Virus record (IMG/VR): IMGVR_UViG_3300020204_004241
Location: 4,709-68,708 of that record
From: a virus
Direction: 5' to 3' (one strand)
DNA: 64,000 nt
The notes beneath the pieces are model-generated. The model was not told where the DNA came from, searched no databases, and was given only the letters and a program-made list of their open reading frames with translations. Made by a program: the position numbers and the translations under genes. Of the stretch, positions 1 to 9,447 are shown one piece after another (the stretch's first letter is position 1; every line of letters starts with the position of its first letter).

Positions 1-2
1 GC

Positions 3-437
3 ATCACTCGTTTCGGATGGACTCAGCCAATCGTTGTGCGAAAAGAGACAATGGAGATCATTGACGGCCACGAGCGCGTCGGGCTGTTTGGCGCACAGTC
101 GAGCAAGGTAGTGCCGGCATTCATGTTTGCCGGTGATTCAGTTGACTCCGCCCTACTGCACCTGCAGTTGAACCGGTCGCGTGGGATGATTGTGTCCAAG
201 CACCTATCACGAACCGTCAAGACAATTATGCGATCACGCAAATATACGGAGTCGCACATCATGACCGATCTATCCATGTCTCAGGATGAATTGGACTTGC
301 TACTAGATGGCACATTGCTGAAGCAAAGAAATGTTGCCTCACATAATTACAGCCGCGCCTGGGTTCCGATTGAGGCCGAGTCAGGCAAGTATGATGAAGT
401 TGTTTTTGAGCGTCCACCGAACGGAGACCAGGAATGA
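3..437 (+). CDS. ParB/Srx-like N-terminal domain protein (IbrB-like), 5'-truncated by the window edge
   Basis: Frame is open upstream of the listed GTG at 36: ITRFGWTQPIVVRKETMEIIDGHER is a typical ParB-N motif (G..QPIVV...IIDG.HR-like); LQLNRSRG resembles the IbrB-type HNRARG motif. Confidence 0.7.
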   Translation: MTRFGWTQPIVVRKETMEIIDGHERVGLFGAQSSKVVPAFMFAGDSVDSALLHLQLNRSRGMIVSKHLSRTVKTIMRSRKYTESHIMTDLSMSQDELDLLLDGTLLKQRNVASHNYSRAWVPIEAESGKYDEVVFERPPNGDQE

Positions 438-1138
438 ATGAACTTGAGCGAGATATCCTAAAGAACACCTACAAAACAACGGCCGGCTCTGTTCGTCTCG
501 ACGGCTACATGGCCGATGACCTTTCTGTGGTTAATTCAGCGCGGGTTAGTTTTGGCAAGCGCTCAGAGGAGATCACGGATGCCGACAGGGCGCTAATCAA
601 CTTTTTGATGCGCGAGCGCCATGGAACTCCGTTTGAGCACAACAGTTTCCGCTTTCATATTCAATGCCCAATCTTTGTTGCCCGTGAGTGGTTCAGGCAT
701 CGCATCGGCTCGTTCAATGAGTTCTCGGGTCGCTATGCAGAATTCAATCCCGTGGGGTATTTGCCCGAAGTTGAGGAAATGCGTACCCAGGTCGGCAAGC
801 CCGGAAGTTACACCTTTGAGCCAATCGATAAACAGATTGCTGAAAAAGCAATTGTTGAAATCTACGAGGTGTATGCGGATACCTTCGAGGCATACCGCAA
901 ACTGCTCGATGCCGGCGTCGCAAAAGAAGTAGCCCGGATCGTGCTGCCCGTCGGAGTGATGACTGAGTTTTATTGGACTGTTAATGCTAGAAGTCTAATG
1001 AATTTTATTTCATTACGCAATGCCCTCGCTGCGCAGTATGAAATCCGTACTCTGGCTTTTGGTGTCGAGGCGCTGTTTTCACAAATCATGCCAGTGACCT
1101 ACGAGGCATTCATCCGCAATAACCGCATTGCACCCTGA
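434..1138 (+). CDS. thyX: FAD-dependent thymidylate synthase
   Basis: ThyX signature RHRIGSFNEFSGRY (RHRx7SxR), plus VNSARVSF, HGTPFEH, EVARIVLP, NARSLMNFISLR. Confidence 0.97.
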   Translation: MNELERDILKNTYKTTAGSVRLDGYMADDLSVVNSARVSFGKRSEEITDADRALINFLMRERHGTPFEHNSFRFHIQCPIFVAREWFRHRIGSFNEFSGRYAEFNPVGYLPEVEEMRTQVGKPGSYTFEPIDKQIAEKAIVEIYEVYADTFEAYRKLLDAGVAKEVARIVLPVGVMTEFYWTVNARSLMNFISLRNALAAQYEIRTLAFGVEALFSQIMPVTYEAFIRNNRIAP

Positions 1139-1182
1139 GGGTAGTGCCGCGCCACCTAGTGGCATTGGAGAAACTATTAGTG

Positions 1183-1197
1183 TGTTAGCGTGCGGTT
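1183..1197 (+). promoter_or_regulatory. Putative extended -10 leaderless promoter (TGt-TAGCGT, 6 nt, ATG)
   Basis: TAGCGT at 1186-1191, TG at 1183-1184, 6 nt before ATG 1198, no adjacent SD. Confidence 0.45.
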
Positions 1198-1806
1198 ATG
1201 GAATCGTACTTGAGCGACTTTAACAAAATGGTGCTCGTAGTTGAGTCGCTAAAAGAGTGCAAACAAACTCTTGTCGATGAAGAGGGTATTGGCGAAGACC
1301 TGACCTTCAACTTGTTCGGCTGGCGCGGCAGCCAGATGACTGTTGTTGCTCAACTGAATTCAGCCCTGATGGAGGACAAGAAAAGCCGGATCAAAAGGCT
1401 CCTTGCCGCTGCGACCGTTTTTAGAACTGGGTTTGCGTGCGATGCCCTGAGTTTTGGGACAGAAGGATTCTGCGTAGTCGGAGACGGTAAGTCGGTCGAG
1501 GGAGTGCCACTAAAGGAGCAGTTCGCCACAAATAAAGACGTGCGCGAATGCATCACGGTACTGCAGGTGGGCAAGGAAGTCGACATGACGGCAGTGCCCT
1601 ATCGTTATGACGTTGGCCGAAAGGTCATCTTCGGTAATCCGGCCCGCAACCCAGAGCCAAAAAAGTTCGGCATCGTGACCGAGTCGTTCATGGAAATTGT
1701 TACAATGCCAGTTGAGTCGACAAACATTGGCAAGCCATACTTTGTCGAAATGCTGGTAGCCGGCCTGGAGTCTTTCGGATTTCAGGTAACAGTAATAGGA
1801 GAATGA
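1198..1806 (+). CDS. Hypothetical protein
   Basis: 202-aa ORF, ATGA overlap with the next gene. Confidence 0.75.
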   Translation: MESYLSDFNKMVLVVESLKECKQTLVDEEGIGEDLTFNLFGWRGSQMTVVAQLNSALMEDKKSRIKRLLAAATVFRTGFACDALSFGTEGFCVVGDGKSVEGVPLKEQFATNKDVRECITVLQVGKEVDMTAVPYRYDVGRKVIFGNPARNPEPKKFGIVTESFMEIVTMPVESTNIGKPYFVEMLVAGLESFGFQVTVIGE

Positions 1807-2132
1807 TGGATTTCAGCGTTTATCAGTCCGCCACGTCTCATACGGCAATCTACCCAGAGGATGTGGCCCTGGTCTATACCACCATGGGCCTGGCTTCAGA
1901 GGCCGGCGAAGTGGCGGGCAAGGTCAAGAAGGCAATCCGCGATAACGGTGGCGTCGTCGACGAGGATCGCCGCAACCAGATCATTGACGAACTGGGCGAT
2001 GTCCTCTGGTACGCAGCCCGACTTGCCGATGCCCTCGGGGTAGACATGAATGACGTGGCTCGTTTAAATCTGGAAAAATTGTCGAGCCGCAAACAACGAG
2101 GCGTTATTTCTGGAGATGGCGACAAAAGGTGA
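1803..2132 (+). CDS. MazG-like nucleoside triphosphate pyrophosphohydrolase
   Basis: GLASEAGEV...KK...DELGDVLWY...NLEKL..R motif of all-alpha NTP-PPases. Confidence 0.92.
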   Translation: MMDFSVYQSATSHTAIYPEDVALVYTTMGLASEAGEVAGKVKKAIRDNGGVVDEDRRNQIIDELGDVLWYAARLADALGVDMNDVARLNLEKLSSRKQRGVISGDGDKR

Positions 2133-2146
2133 GATAATGATCACCT

Positions 2147-2326
2147 ATGGGAAAAAGCAAAAAGGGTAAGGGCTCCGGCGCCAGTGCCGGTCGCACTCGG
2201 TTAAATCCCTTGACGGGACAGGAAGAGAATGTCAGCGGAACTAAAGCAGGAAAGAAGCGCGTCCGCCTGCCCGAAGGTCACCCATTGCGCACCCACGAGA
2301 CTCTCAAAAAGAAGTCCTCTAACTAG
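2147..2326 (+). CDS. Small basic protein (59 aa, not in ORF track)
   Basis: MGKSKKGKGSGASAGRTRLNPLTGQEENVSGTKAGKKRVRLPEGHPLRTHETLKKKSSN* fills the intergenic gap. Confidence 0.6.
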   Translation: MGKSKKGKGSGASAGRTRLNPLTGQEENVSGTKAGKKRVRLPEGHPLRTHETLKKKSSN

Positions 2327-2338
2327 CAGGTTCTGCTG

Positions 2339-5300
2339 ATGCCCACCACACCGCGTTGGGGTGGATTGCGCCCGGAGCCATACGACAGCAATGCTCGCGA
2401 TGCCGACGGTGACGGCATTGTTCAGGAAGGCACGGCCTTTGAGCGCCCGGCCGGCACGCGGCTAATCAGTATTTTTGGCGAAGCCCCAACCGATGGATTA
2501 GTTACCCTTGACCGCGATACGGACTGGATAGTCGTTGGCGAGGATGGTCAGAGTGTTCAATATACGCCGTCCTATGGCGCTGCTGATGAGGCCCCGCTTC
2601 CGAAGACGCTCAGCGAGAGCGTAGGAACTATTGGTTCGCTCACGGGCACTATTGGCGATCAGCAAGAGACCATTGGCAGTCGAGGAACGCTTGAGAACAT
2701 CGTTGGCACGATTAGTAAGCCGCCAACACCACTACCACCACCGCGCAGAGAAAGAGAAGTATCTCCTGCGGCGACGCCAGCACCAGCCACAATTTCTGAG
2801 GCAGCGCGAGCACGAATGCCGAAGGGGTACATCCCTGGAGAAATCAAGCCAGAGATGATGGACGATTTCCGTGAAGCGGTCAGTCAAAAAAATAAAAGCC
2901 TCGAATCCGATCACCTCTACCAACTGGATAATCTTCTCAGCCTTGCTGGCTACCGGCGAGAAGACCGTATGGCTATCCTAGCCAAATTTCGCAGCGAGCC
3001 AGAATTTAGAAAAATTATTGAAGACTCAATTGAAAGAGAAAAAGAATCACTGAGGCAGGAAATCGCTTCTGCATTCGAAGCGCCCCTTGTCATCCACATT
3101 CCCGAATTCTTCATTCCTGGCCTCATGGAAGATGGGCGCTACAAAACACAGTTTGAGGGGACCAGGTCTGGCGGCAACTACAACCCAGGGCTGCGATCTA
3201 GTGTTGAACAAAAGCAAATGGGCGTCGATCCAACTATCGCCCCAGAAATGCGTCCCGTGTATGGTTTGGCAGATCAACAGGTCGACGGCCAGGCTGCTGA
3301 TCCAGGTGAGATGTATGGCGATACAAAAATTCACCTGAAGGATTCAGTAAAAGAGCGCGCTACGGTGACCATTGGTGACTCATTCGGTGGTCAATTCCCA
3401 GTTGCATACCGTTCGGACCTTCCAGTTGATCGAGTGCTCGCCGCCAGCGGAAAGACAGACATCAATAACGTGCGCCAACGCACAGCGGTACGTGGCGCGA
3501 TACTTGATGCCCTGAATGATGAAAACTTGCCGGATGAAGTCAGGCAATATATCCAAGCATTACCTGAGGCTTTTCAGAAACAAGACGATTTTCCGATGCC
3601 AGAGAGTGTCTACTACACTGAGAGTCAAATACACGGTCAGGTAAAACTTGAGGATATTGACTTTGTTGAACTTCCTGAAGGCGGCGACCCCGACAATGCT
3701 GAGCGAGCAAAGGAAGCACTAGATAGGGCCGGCATTCGATGGAAGCATAAGGGCGTAGAAAGCACTCCTGCCGGAACAGTAAGTTCACCTATCGCGGCAA
3801 CCCCCGAAGCACAGCCAAATGTTGCGGAGCCAACTGAAAGAATTCCCTCGCCGGCAACGCCATCGCTACGAACACCAAGAGCAACACCAAGAGCAACACC
3901 AACGTCAAAACGCAGCCAAGAATTCACTGCAATGGCTGCGAACCCAGACGAAGTAGATGAGTTGCGCGAACGGTTAGTCACGAACCTTATGGATGCCTAC
4001 TTGAGTGAAGACGAAAAAAGTCTTCCCGTTGTCGACCGGTTGCGCCTCATCCCAGATCGCATGGGCGTAACCATGGATGCTCCGGTAGACGAATTACTTG
4101 ATCAGGCCTTGTTGCAATTTGAGGCAGATAACGAATATATCGACAGACTTCTTGTCACACTTTCCAAAGTGACCCCAGATGTGCCACAGTACAACAGGAC
4201 GCAAAAGTTAATTGAGCAGATTCAAGAAGCCAAATTACTAACCAAAACAGAAGAGGGAAGGCAGGTACTGCGTGACCGCATGGCGCAAGGATTCATAAAT
4301 AGTCTCGCAACCCAGGAGGAGATTTACAACGAGTTCCCCATACTGCGCGCAAACGCGACTATGGGAATTATTGAATCAGGCGAGGACCACCCTGGTGCAG
4401 CCGGTTATGCAGGACCCGTAACTGATAAAAACGGCATGTTGGCAACGCGATATAGAATTGGCTCCCACGCCCTTGTTTCGGGTGGCATGAGTGATGACAT
4501 TATGGAGGATGGTGACGTCTTCAGCGACACTGTTCGTGTTGTTGGCACTGACTCATATCAGGTCACTTTGGCGTCTCACGAGTTGGGGCATAATGCGCAT
4601 ATGATCGCTGCATGGAGCCGGCTAGGGTTAAGGCCTTCAAAGACAGAGTCAATTGTCGACCAATTGAAAAAACAGGGCCCGCTATTGGGGGATACATTTA
4701 TAGGGCAATCAGCCTCTGGAAAATTTAATATCGACCCATCAACTCCTCTTGACAGTTTGACAAACGAATCCCTGGATTTGCTATATCGAGAAATTAAGGG
4801 AATATGGAATCAGGACAGCGATCCAGAAACCCCGCTGGGTATCTTGTTCAGGATTGCTCCGCGTTGGCACAGCAGGGCGGAGCAAGAACTTTTGGACAGT
4901 GTTGCGGAAGGGCGAGGGTTCAGTGTGGATGACTGGAGTGGAGTTCCTCCGGAACTTCAAACCCCGGAAGGACTTTCTGCCTTCGTAACTCAAAAACTAG
5001 GTATGCCTTTCAGCGACTTTGTTGTTCAATTGAGAACGTCAGTCCAGCAAGACACTGGGGTTGATCCAGTGCGACTCTCCACAAATGGACTCAAGGTCGA
5101 AGATGCTAAATCTAGCCTGGGAACGATTTCGCAATACGGGTCAACCAAGTTGGTGGAGGGGGTTGCAGAAACATTCTCAATGCAATTCCTCAAAAAGCAG
5201 TTGTCTTCGTTACAAATTGATGACGCCACTGCTCAGCGCTATGATTCCACAATGGGAGTCATTCTCGAAGGAATACTCGGAGAAATTCGACAGCAGCGCC

Positions 5301-5395
5301 TTTCTGATGAAACTAAACAACTTTACCGCAGTATGCGTGAACTCTTAAATGATCCAATTTTTGAAGCGATCGAATGGGAAGGTTCAATATCGTGA
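2339..5395 (+). CDS. Large polyvalent protein: DxDGDG motif + DUF3626/ADP-ribosyltransferase-like domain + zincin metallopeptidase
   Basis: RDADGDGIVQEGT; YKTQFEGTRSGG...RPVYG...YGD...RATVTIGDS...YTESQIHG (about 3085-3675); HELGH at 4577-4591 with downstream YGSTKLVEGVAE. Confidence 0.7.
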   Translation: MPTTPRWGGLRPEPYDSNARDADGDGIVQEGTAFERPAGTRLISIFGEAPTDGLVTLDRDTDWIVVGEDGQSVQYTPSYGAADEAPLPKTLSESVGTIGSLTGTIGDQQETIGSRGTLENIVGTISKPPTPLPPPRREREVSPAATPAPATISEAARARMPKGYIPGEIKPEMMDDFREAVSQKNKSLESDHLYQLDNLLSLAGYRREDRMAILAKFRSEPEFRKIIEDSIEREKESLRQEIASAFEAPLVIHIPEFFIPGLMEDGRYKTQFEGTRSGGNYNPGLRSSVEQKQMGVDPTIAPEMRPVYGLADQQVDGQAADPGEMYGDTKIHLKDSVKERATVTIGDSFGGQFPVAYRSDLPVDRVLAASGKTDINNVRQRTAVRGAILDALNDENLPDEVRQYIQALPEAFQKQDDFPMPESVYYTESQIHGQVKLEDIDFVELPEGGDPDNAERAKEALDRAGIRWKHKGVESTPAGTVSSPIAATPEAQPNVAEPTERIPSPATPSLRTPRATPRATPTSKRSQEFTAMAANPDEVDELRERLVTNLMDAYLSEDEKSLPVVDRLRLIPDRMGVTMDAPVDELLDQALLQFEADNEYIDRLLVTLSKVTPDVPQYNRTQKLIEQIQEAKLLTKTEEGRQVLRDRMAQGFINSLATQEEIYNEFPILRANATMGIIESGEDHPGAAGYAGPVTDKNGMLATRYRIGSHALVSGGMSDDIMEDGDVFSDTVRVVGTDSYQVTLASHELGHNAHMIAAWSRLGLRPSKTESIVDQLKKQGPLLGDTFIGQSASGKFNIDPSTPLDSLTNESLDLLYREIKGIWNQDSDPETPLGILFRIAPRWHSRAEQELLDSVAEGRGFSVDDWSGVPPELQTPEGLSAFVTQKLGMPFSDFVVQLRTSVQQDTGVDPVRLSTNGLKVEDAKSSLGTISQYGSTKLVEGVAETFSMQFLKKQLSSLQIDDATAQRYDSTMGVILEGILGEIRQQRLSDETKQLYRSMRELLNDPIFEAIEWEGSIS

Positions 5396-5625
5396 ATGAA
5401 TCAGATGAAAAAATCTTTGTTGATGCAGCCGGCAACATTTCTGTCTATGGACCCGAAGGCGCAGAGTGGTACTTTGTAACCACCCAGAATGCAAATTCCT
5501 CGGATTACGCCATGATGGAAAGACTTGATCCGGGCGAAAGACCATACATGATTACTGACCAAAACATCGGTGCGTGGCGTACGTGGGCCAAGGAGTCGAT
5601 GAGTCAACTAGGGGAACAAGAGTGA
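5392..5625 (+). CDS. Small protein coupled to the polyvalent gene, possible immunity/partner protein
   Basis: GTGA overlap with the upstream stop; shares D.AGN..VY and AWR motifs with ORF 6162-6515. Confidence 0.6.
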   Translation: MNESDEKIFVDAAGNISVYGPEGAEWYFVTTQNANSSDYAMMERLDPGERPYMITDQNIGAWRTWAKESMSQLGEQE

Positions 5626-5804
5626 GTAACGTCAATCTGGCTGATGCGAAACTTATTGCGACCAAGGACTACCTGAAGTTGTATCGTCTGCCGTCCGGCG
5701 AGGGTGTACTTGTTAACGGTAAGCGCAACACAATGAGTGAAGTAAACATTGACTCAATCCTGAGCCACGACGGCTACTGGACGTTAGAACCAGTAAATGA
5801 ATAG
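5622..5804 (+). CDS. Hypothetical protein
   Basis: GTGA overlap start in frame with the track ORF 5574-5804. Confidence 0.55.
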   Translation: MSNVNLADAKLIATKDYLKLYRLPSGEGVLVNGKRNTMSEVNIDSILSHDGYWTLEPVNE

Positions 5805-6009
5805 CAAGACTGTTGCCAAGTACGTAGGGGCTACCGTCGCCTATGTGGTGTTTGCCTACCTGGCCTCGGTTGGTGCAATAATTGCTGTAGGTGCGCTGGC
5901 ATTTTTCGCCAGCAGACCTAGGCCTCTGGGGCCGGCTCAGCAGGATCGCCAGGGGTCTGCTCGACGAAGAATTCGGCGTAGTCCTTCTTCCAGTCGGCCT
6001 TCCCTGTAG
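5797..6009 (+). CDS. Putative small membrane protein
   Basis: Hydrophobic stretch VAYVVFAYLASVGAIIAVGALAFF; 3' end overlaps the convergent ORF. Confidence 0.4.
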   Translation: MNSKTVAKYVGATVAYVVFAYLASVGAIIAVGALAFFASRPRPLGPAQQDRQGSARRRIRRSPSSSRPSL

Positions 6010-6250
6010 CGTACGCAAACATCGTCTCGACGAAAGCCTCTTCTCCCTCGCCGGCAGAAAGAAAGTCAGCAAGTCGGGCAATGCGAGCAAAGTCGCCATC
6101 GCTGATCTTGCCCTCCAGAAAGGCGTCGTAGGTCGCCTGCTTCTGCTGTTCCAGAATTGATTTACTTTCGTTTTGCATTTGCACGAGCGATCCTTGCCTT
6201 TCTGCTTGCGCGGCCTCTCGGGGCCGGCTGCTCCTGAATACGGTAGCCAT
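5918..6250 (-). CDS. Hypothetical protein (start may be ATG 6178)
   Basis: Protein-like composition; last gene of the minus-strand unit. Confidence 0.55.
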   Translation of the reverse strand: MATVFRSSRPREAAQAERQGSLVQMQNESKSILEQQKQATYDAFLEGKISDGDFARIARLADFLSAGEGEEAFVETMFAYATGKADWKKDYAEFFVEQTPGDPAEPAPEA

Positions 6251-6515
6251 TTATGTCAAGTTTATGGGTTGCACGCCAGGCACGCAAGTCGTCAAGATTG
6301 CGAAGGATTCTCCCACCTTCTCCAGACGAGTTGTTCTGCATGGCAATGATGTCATCAGGAGTTACGTCCGAGATGTCTCCGAGATAAACATAGAAGTTAC
6401 CTGCGGGATCACTTACGGATAGCCTTCCACCAAAGACGCTGATGCTCTCCCATGACGAAAGGGCATCCATCTGATTCAGGAGTGCACGCTGGATTGCCTC
6501 TTTTTTATCTTGCAT
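6162..6515 (-). CDS. Small protein following the 972-aa polyvalent gene, probable paralog of 5392-5625
   Basis: DPAGNFYVY...DDIIAMQNNSSGE...LRAWRATHK; starts 4 nt after the upstream stop. Confidence 0.6.
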   Translation of the reverse strand: MQDKKEAIQRALLNQMDALSSWESISVFGGRLSVSDPAGNFYVYLGDISDVTPDDIIAMQNNSSGEGGRILRNLDDLRAWRATHKLDINGYRIQEQPAPRGRASRKARIARANAKRK

Positions 6516-6519
6516 GTTC

Positions 6520-9438
6520 TTATCCTACCGTGATGCCTAGGTCTTTTTGCAAATCGCGGGCCAGTGCATTGGCCTCAATGACCGCAGCCGCCAATCGCTT
6601 CTTGACTGCATCCGGTACCCTGAGGTCAATATCTCTGTTCTGGGTATCAAGCATGTACTCATACAGGGTTCGAACTTTTTGAATCATTGCCGCGTGCGCC
6701 GGGTTCGCCTTCATCGCTGGATTATTTTCTAGCATGTCAATCATTGCGTGCGCTTCGGCAAGGAACTCGTGCGGCGCAGTGTTGGCGTACATGGTAAGGC
6801 CACGTGTTCTTTTGAGTAGTTCATCGTAGGAGTCTCCACGACTCTGCATGTAAATCCCCAGCCCATCCGTTGCTTCGTGCAGCAATGTCTGGAGCCGTTC
6901 GCTGAGGCCTTTTGCGTAATTCTTCAGATCAGGAACAGGCTTGAGTGCTCGTTTGGCTACTTCCTCGTTGACCGATTTACTTGGGGCGCCAAAGCCGGCT
7001 GGGTCGCTCAAAATCATTGCGAACTCTGGACTAAAAGCCATGTCATAAATACTTGGCTCTGTATCGGTGATGTTTTCTCCTGGAATCCTTACAGGCCTAA
7101 GTTTTACTGTTGGCGTAATCAGGGCCAGCAGAGTGTTGGCCATCGATGTCTGGGTGTTTTCGCCCGGGTTGAGTGATGCCGCAGCCCGAGCCATAAGGCT
7201 GACCGGTGCAGCATTGATGGAACCCCTGGGAATATCAGAAATTTTTGTTGCTGGGTCTGTAATTTGTGGGGTTTGCAAAGAATAGATAACTCCCAAAATG
7301 CTGTCTTGAAGTTGTGGGTAATCTTTTGCAATATCCCCGATCAAATCATCGGTGCGTGGATTAATGCCGGCCCGCACTAGCGATGCCTCGGTATCGAGCG
7401 CATGTCCGAATTCGTGAGCAATCGTGCCGACCGCTGTTCCCGGGTCGATTCCATCGTTGCCATCGAGAATTCCAGATTCGGCTAAAACGCGCGGTACGCC
7501 AACCGTGGAGCCAAGACTCAAGCCATACCCAACGGAAATCGGGCTATCATCAACTCGCTGCACGGGCATCACTATTACTGATGCGCCAATATTAATTGGC
7601 GAGTTCGGCCTCGGCCCATTGATTGCGATACGACCCTCAAACTCGGGATGACGCCTAATATTGTCGCGAATAGATGCTACGTGATCCATTAGTGACCTAG
7701 CAACGATCGCCCTGATTTCCCCATCCCTGTCCTCTGGGTTTGCGTTCTTCAAGCGATCAGCCAATGCTGCGAAGTCCAACAATTCCGCTTGATATTTTTT
7801 ATCTTTGAGTCTGTTTTGTTTTGCCTGCTCAATGTCCCGAGACATCAACTGCTTGTAATATTCGGCCTGTTCGAGCCAGCGTCCCCTAAAAGTTTTCATT
7901 AGTTCTTCCGCACTGGTTCGACCATTTAAAGTGCGGCTTCCAGCAACTGCCTTAAAGTCGCCCTTGATTGATACCACATCAAGGAGTGCTTCGCCATACT
8001 GCTCCCAGGCGGCGGCCCATCCGTTTGTGCGGTCCAGTTCGTCAACGTCAAGTTGGATGCCGGCATCACTAAATAGGTCCTTCAATAACTGTCGTTCTTG
8101 CTGTTGTGCTATTTCGGGATCAACCACTAGCGGTCGTGCGGCTGGCTTGGAGATGTCTCCATTTCTAACGCTTTTAACTGACTCGTATTTGTCTGGTGTG
8201 CCAGCGCCGGTAGAAATGACCTGATCGACATCCTGAATATTAGATTCCCTATTGGGAATTGAGTAGTTACGAACTTGGCGCTGAGCACGGTAACGAACCC
8301 CAGACCCCTTCCTGGCATCATTCATGATGTCCTTGAAGGCTGGGGATAGAGCGAAGTGAACTGGCCGCAGGCGATCGGGGTCATCAAAATCTTCGTTCAG
8401 TGCCTCCTCGATCATTTTCCGATATGCCTTGCGCTCTATCAGGCGTAGGGGGAGCGGGCCGCTGAAGTATTTATTAGGGTTTGCATTAATTTGGCGGAGT
8501 ATGCCTAGCAAGAAATTCTGGCGGTCATCGGGTGTCTGCCAGTCATAGTCGTCACGAGCCCAAACTCGTGGGCCATCAGCGAGGGCAGCAGTCAAGTGAA
8601 TGCGACCAAAGCCGTGAGCCGCATACTCAAGTTCGCTAGCCAGGGTGAAAGAACTACCGATTCCAAGACCGCGAGCATCTTCTGAGCCAGACTTCATGTC
8701 TAGTTCTTCGTGATAAATCGCCGGCTCTTCGTTCTCATCGTCACCGAAGGGCTCGATATTGCGGATGAAGTACCCGACCTCTTCGCCAGAGTCGTCGTAG
8801 ATAAGCCCCTCGACAACTATGCGCTGATAGCCGGCATCGGAGTTCTCGGTCGATACGTCAGTCACCTCCGACCTGTATGTACCATCCCTGCCAAGGCCTT
8901 CGTGCTCGAACATCTGGCGAGCAACGGCATCAATAAAATCGATGTCGTAATTTTGAAGGGCATCACGAATCTCTCGCACATTAGGACGCGGGCCCGATGC
9001 GAGACCTCGTTTGCGAGCCGCCTCTCGGCGCCTGTCAAGGCCGTCCTGATGAATCTTGCTCCACGTTTCCGAAAGTTGCTCTGGGACAAAGCCAGGGAAA
9101 TTAATCGAGCCAGGGAAATTAATCGGCGCTGGCCGTTCACGCGGAGTGTTGTCGTAAATAAGGCCGTCGCCGTCGCCGTCCTTGGGCTGGTCTCCTGGGT
9201 CTGGAGCGCCCATCGAGCCAATAGTGCGCAGTTTCTTGATTGCCAAGACTGGCTTATCAATCTTGACTGCCGAAACCTTGATTTCCGAGACTGACTTTTC
9301 AACTTTGACTTCCGAAACAGAGGCTGGTACTTCCTGCTTTGGTTCAGGAGAAGGCTCCACCGCAGGACGGGTAGATTTGCCCATTATCTTGACATCCAAG
9401 ATGGGCAGGTCCACCCGTACTGCGCTGGATTTATCCAT
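6520..9438 (-). CDS. Large polyvalent protein: DGDGDG motif + GNAT acetyltransferase-like domain + zincin metallopeptidase
   Basis: KDGDGDGLIYDNTPRERPA; IYHEEL...ARGLGIGSSF...GFGRIHLTAA..DGPRVWAR (GNAT acetyl-CoA loop R.G.G.G); HEFGH at 7402-7416 and YANTAPHEFLAE. Confidence 0.7.
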   Translation of the reverse strand: MDKSSAVRVDLPILDVKIMGKSTRPAVEPSPEPKQEVPASVSEVKVEKSVSEIKVSAVKIDKPVLAIKKLRTIGSMGAPDPGDQPKDGDGDGLIYDNTPRERPAPINFPGSINFPGFVPEQLSETWSKIHQDGLDRRREAARKRGLASGPRPNVREIRDALQNYDIDFIDAVARQMFEHEGLGRDGTYRSEVTDVSTENSDAGYQRIVVEGLIYDDSGEEVGYFIRNIEPFGDDENEEPAIYHEELDMKSGSEDARGLGIGSSFTLASELEYAAHGFGRIHLTAALADGPRVWARDDYDWQTPDDRQNFLLGILRQINANPNKYFSGPLPLRLIERKAYRKMIEEALNEDFDDPDRLRPVHFALSPAFKDIMNDARKGSGVRYRAQRQVRNYSIPNRESNIQDVDQVISTGAGTPDKYESVKSVRNGDISKPAARPLVVDPEIAQQQERQLLKDLFSDAGIQLDVDELDRTNGWAAAWEQYGEALLDVVSIKGDFKAVAGSRTLNGRTSAEELMKTFRGRWLEQAEYYKQLMSRDIEQAKQNRLKDKKYQAELLDFAALADRLKNANPEDRDGEIRAIVARSLMDHVASIRDNIRRHPEFEGRIAINGPRPNSPINIGASVIVMPVQRVDDSPISVGYGLSLGSTVGVPRVLAESGILDGNDGIDPGTAVGTIAHEFGHALDTEASLVRAGINPRTDDLIGDIAKDYPQLQDSILGVIYSLQTPQITDPATKISDIPRGSINAAPVSLMARAAASLNPGENTQTSMANTLLALITPTVKLRPVRIPGENITDTEPSIYDMAFSPEFAMILSDPAGFGAPSKSVNEEVAKRALKPVPDLKNYAKGLSERLQTLLHEATDGLGIYMQSRGDSYDELLKRTRGLTMYANTAPHEFLAEAHAMIDMLENNPAMKANPAHAAMIQKVRTLYEYMLDTQNRDIDLRVPDAVKKRLAAAVIEANALARDLQKDLGITVG
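9091..9125. repeat. Tandem duplication with 18-nt period (INFPGS-INFPGF)
   Basis: GCCAGGGAAATTAATCG at 9091-9107 and 9109-9125. Confidence 0.85.
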
Positions 9439-9447
9439 CCCAACAGT

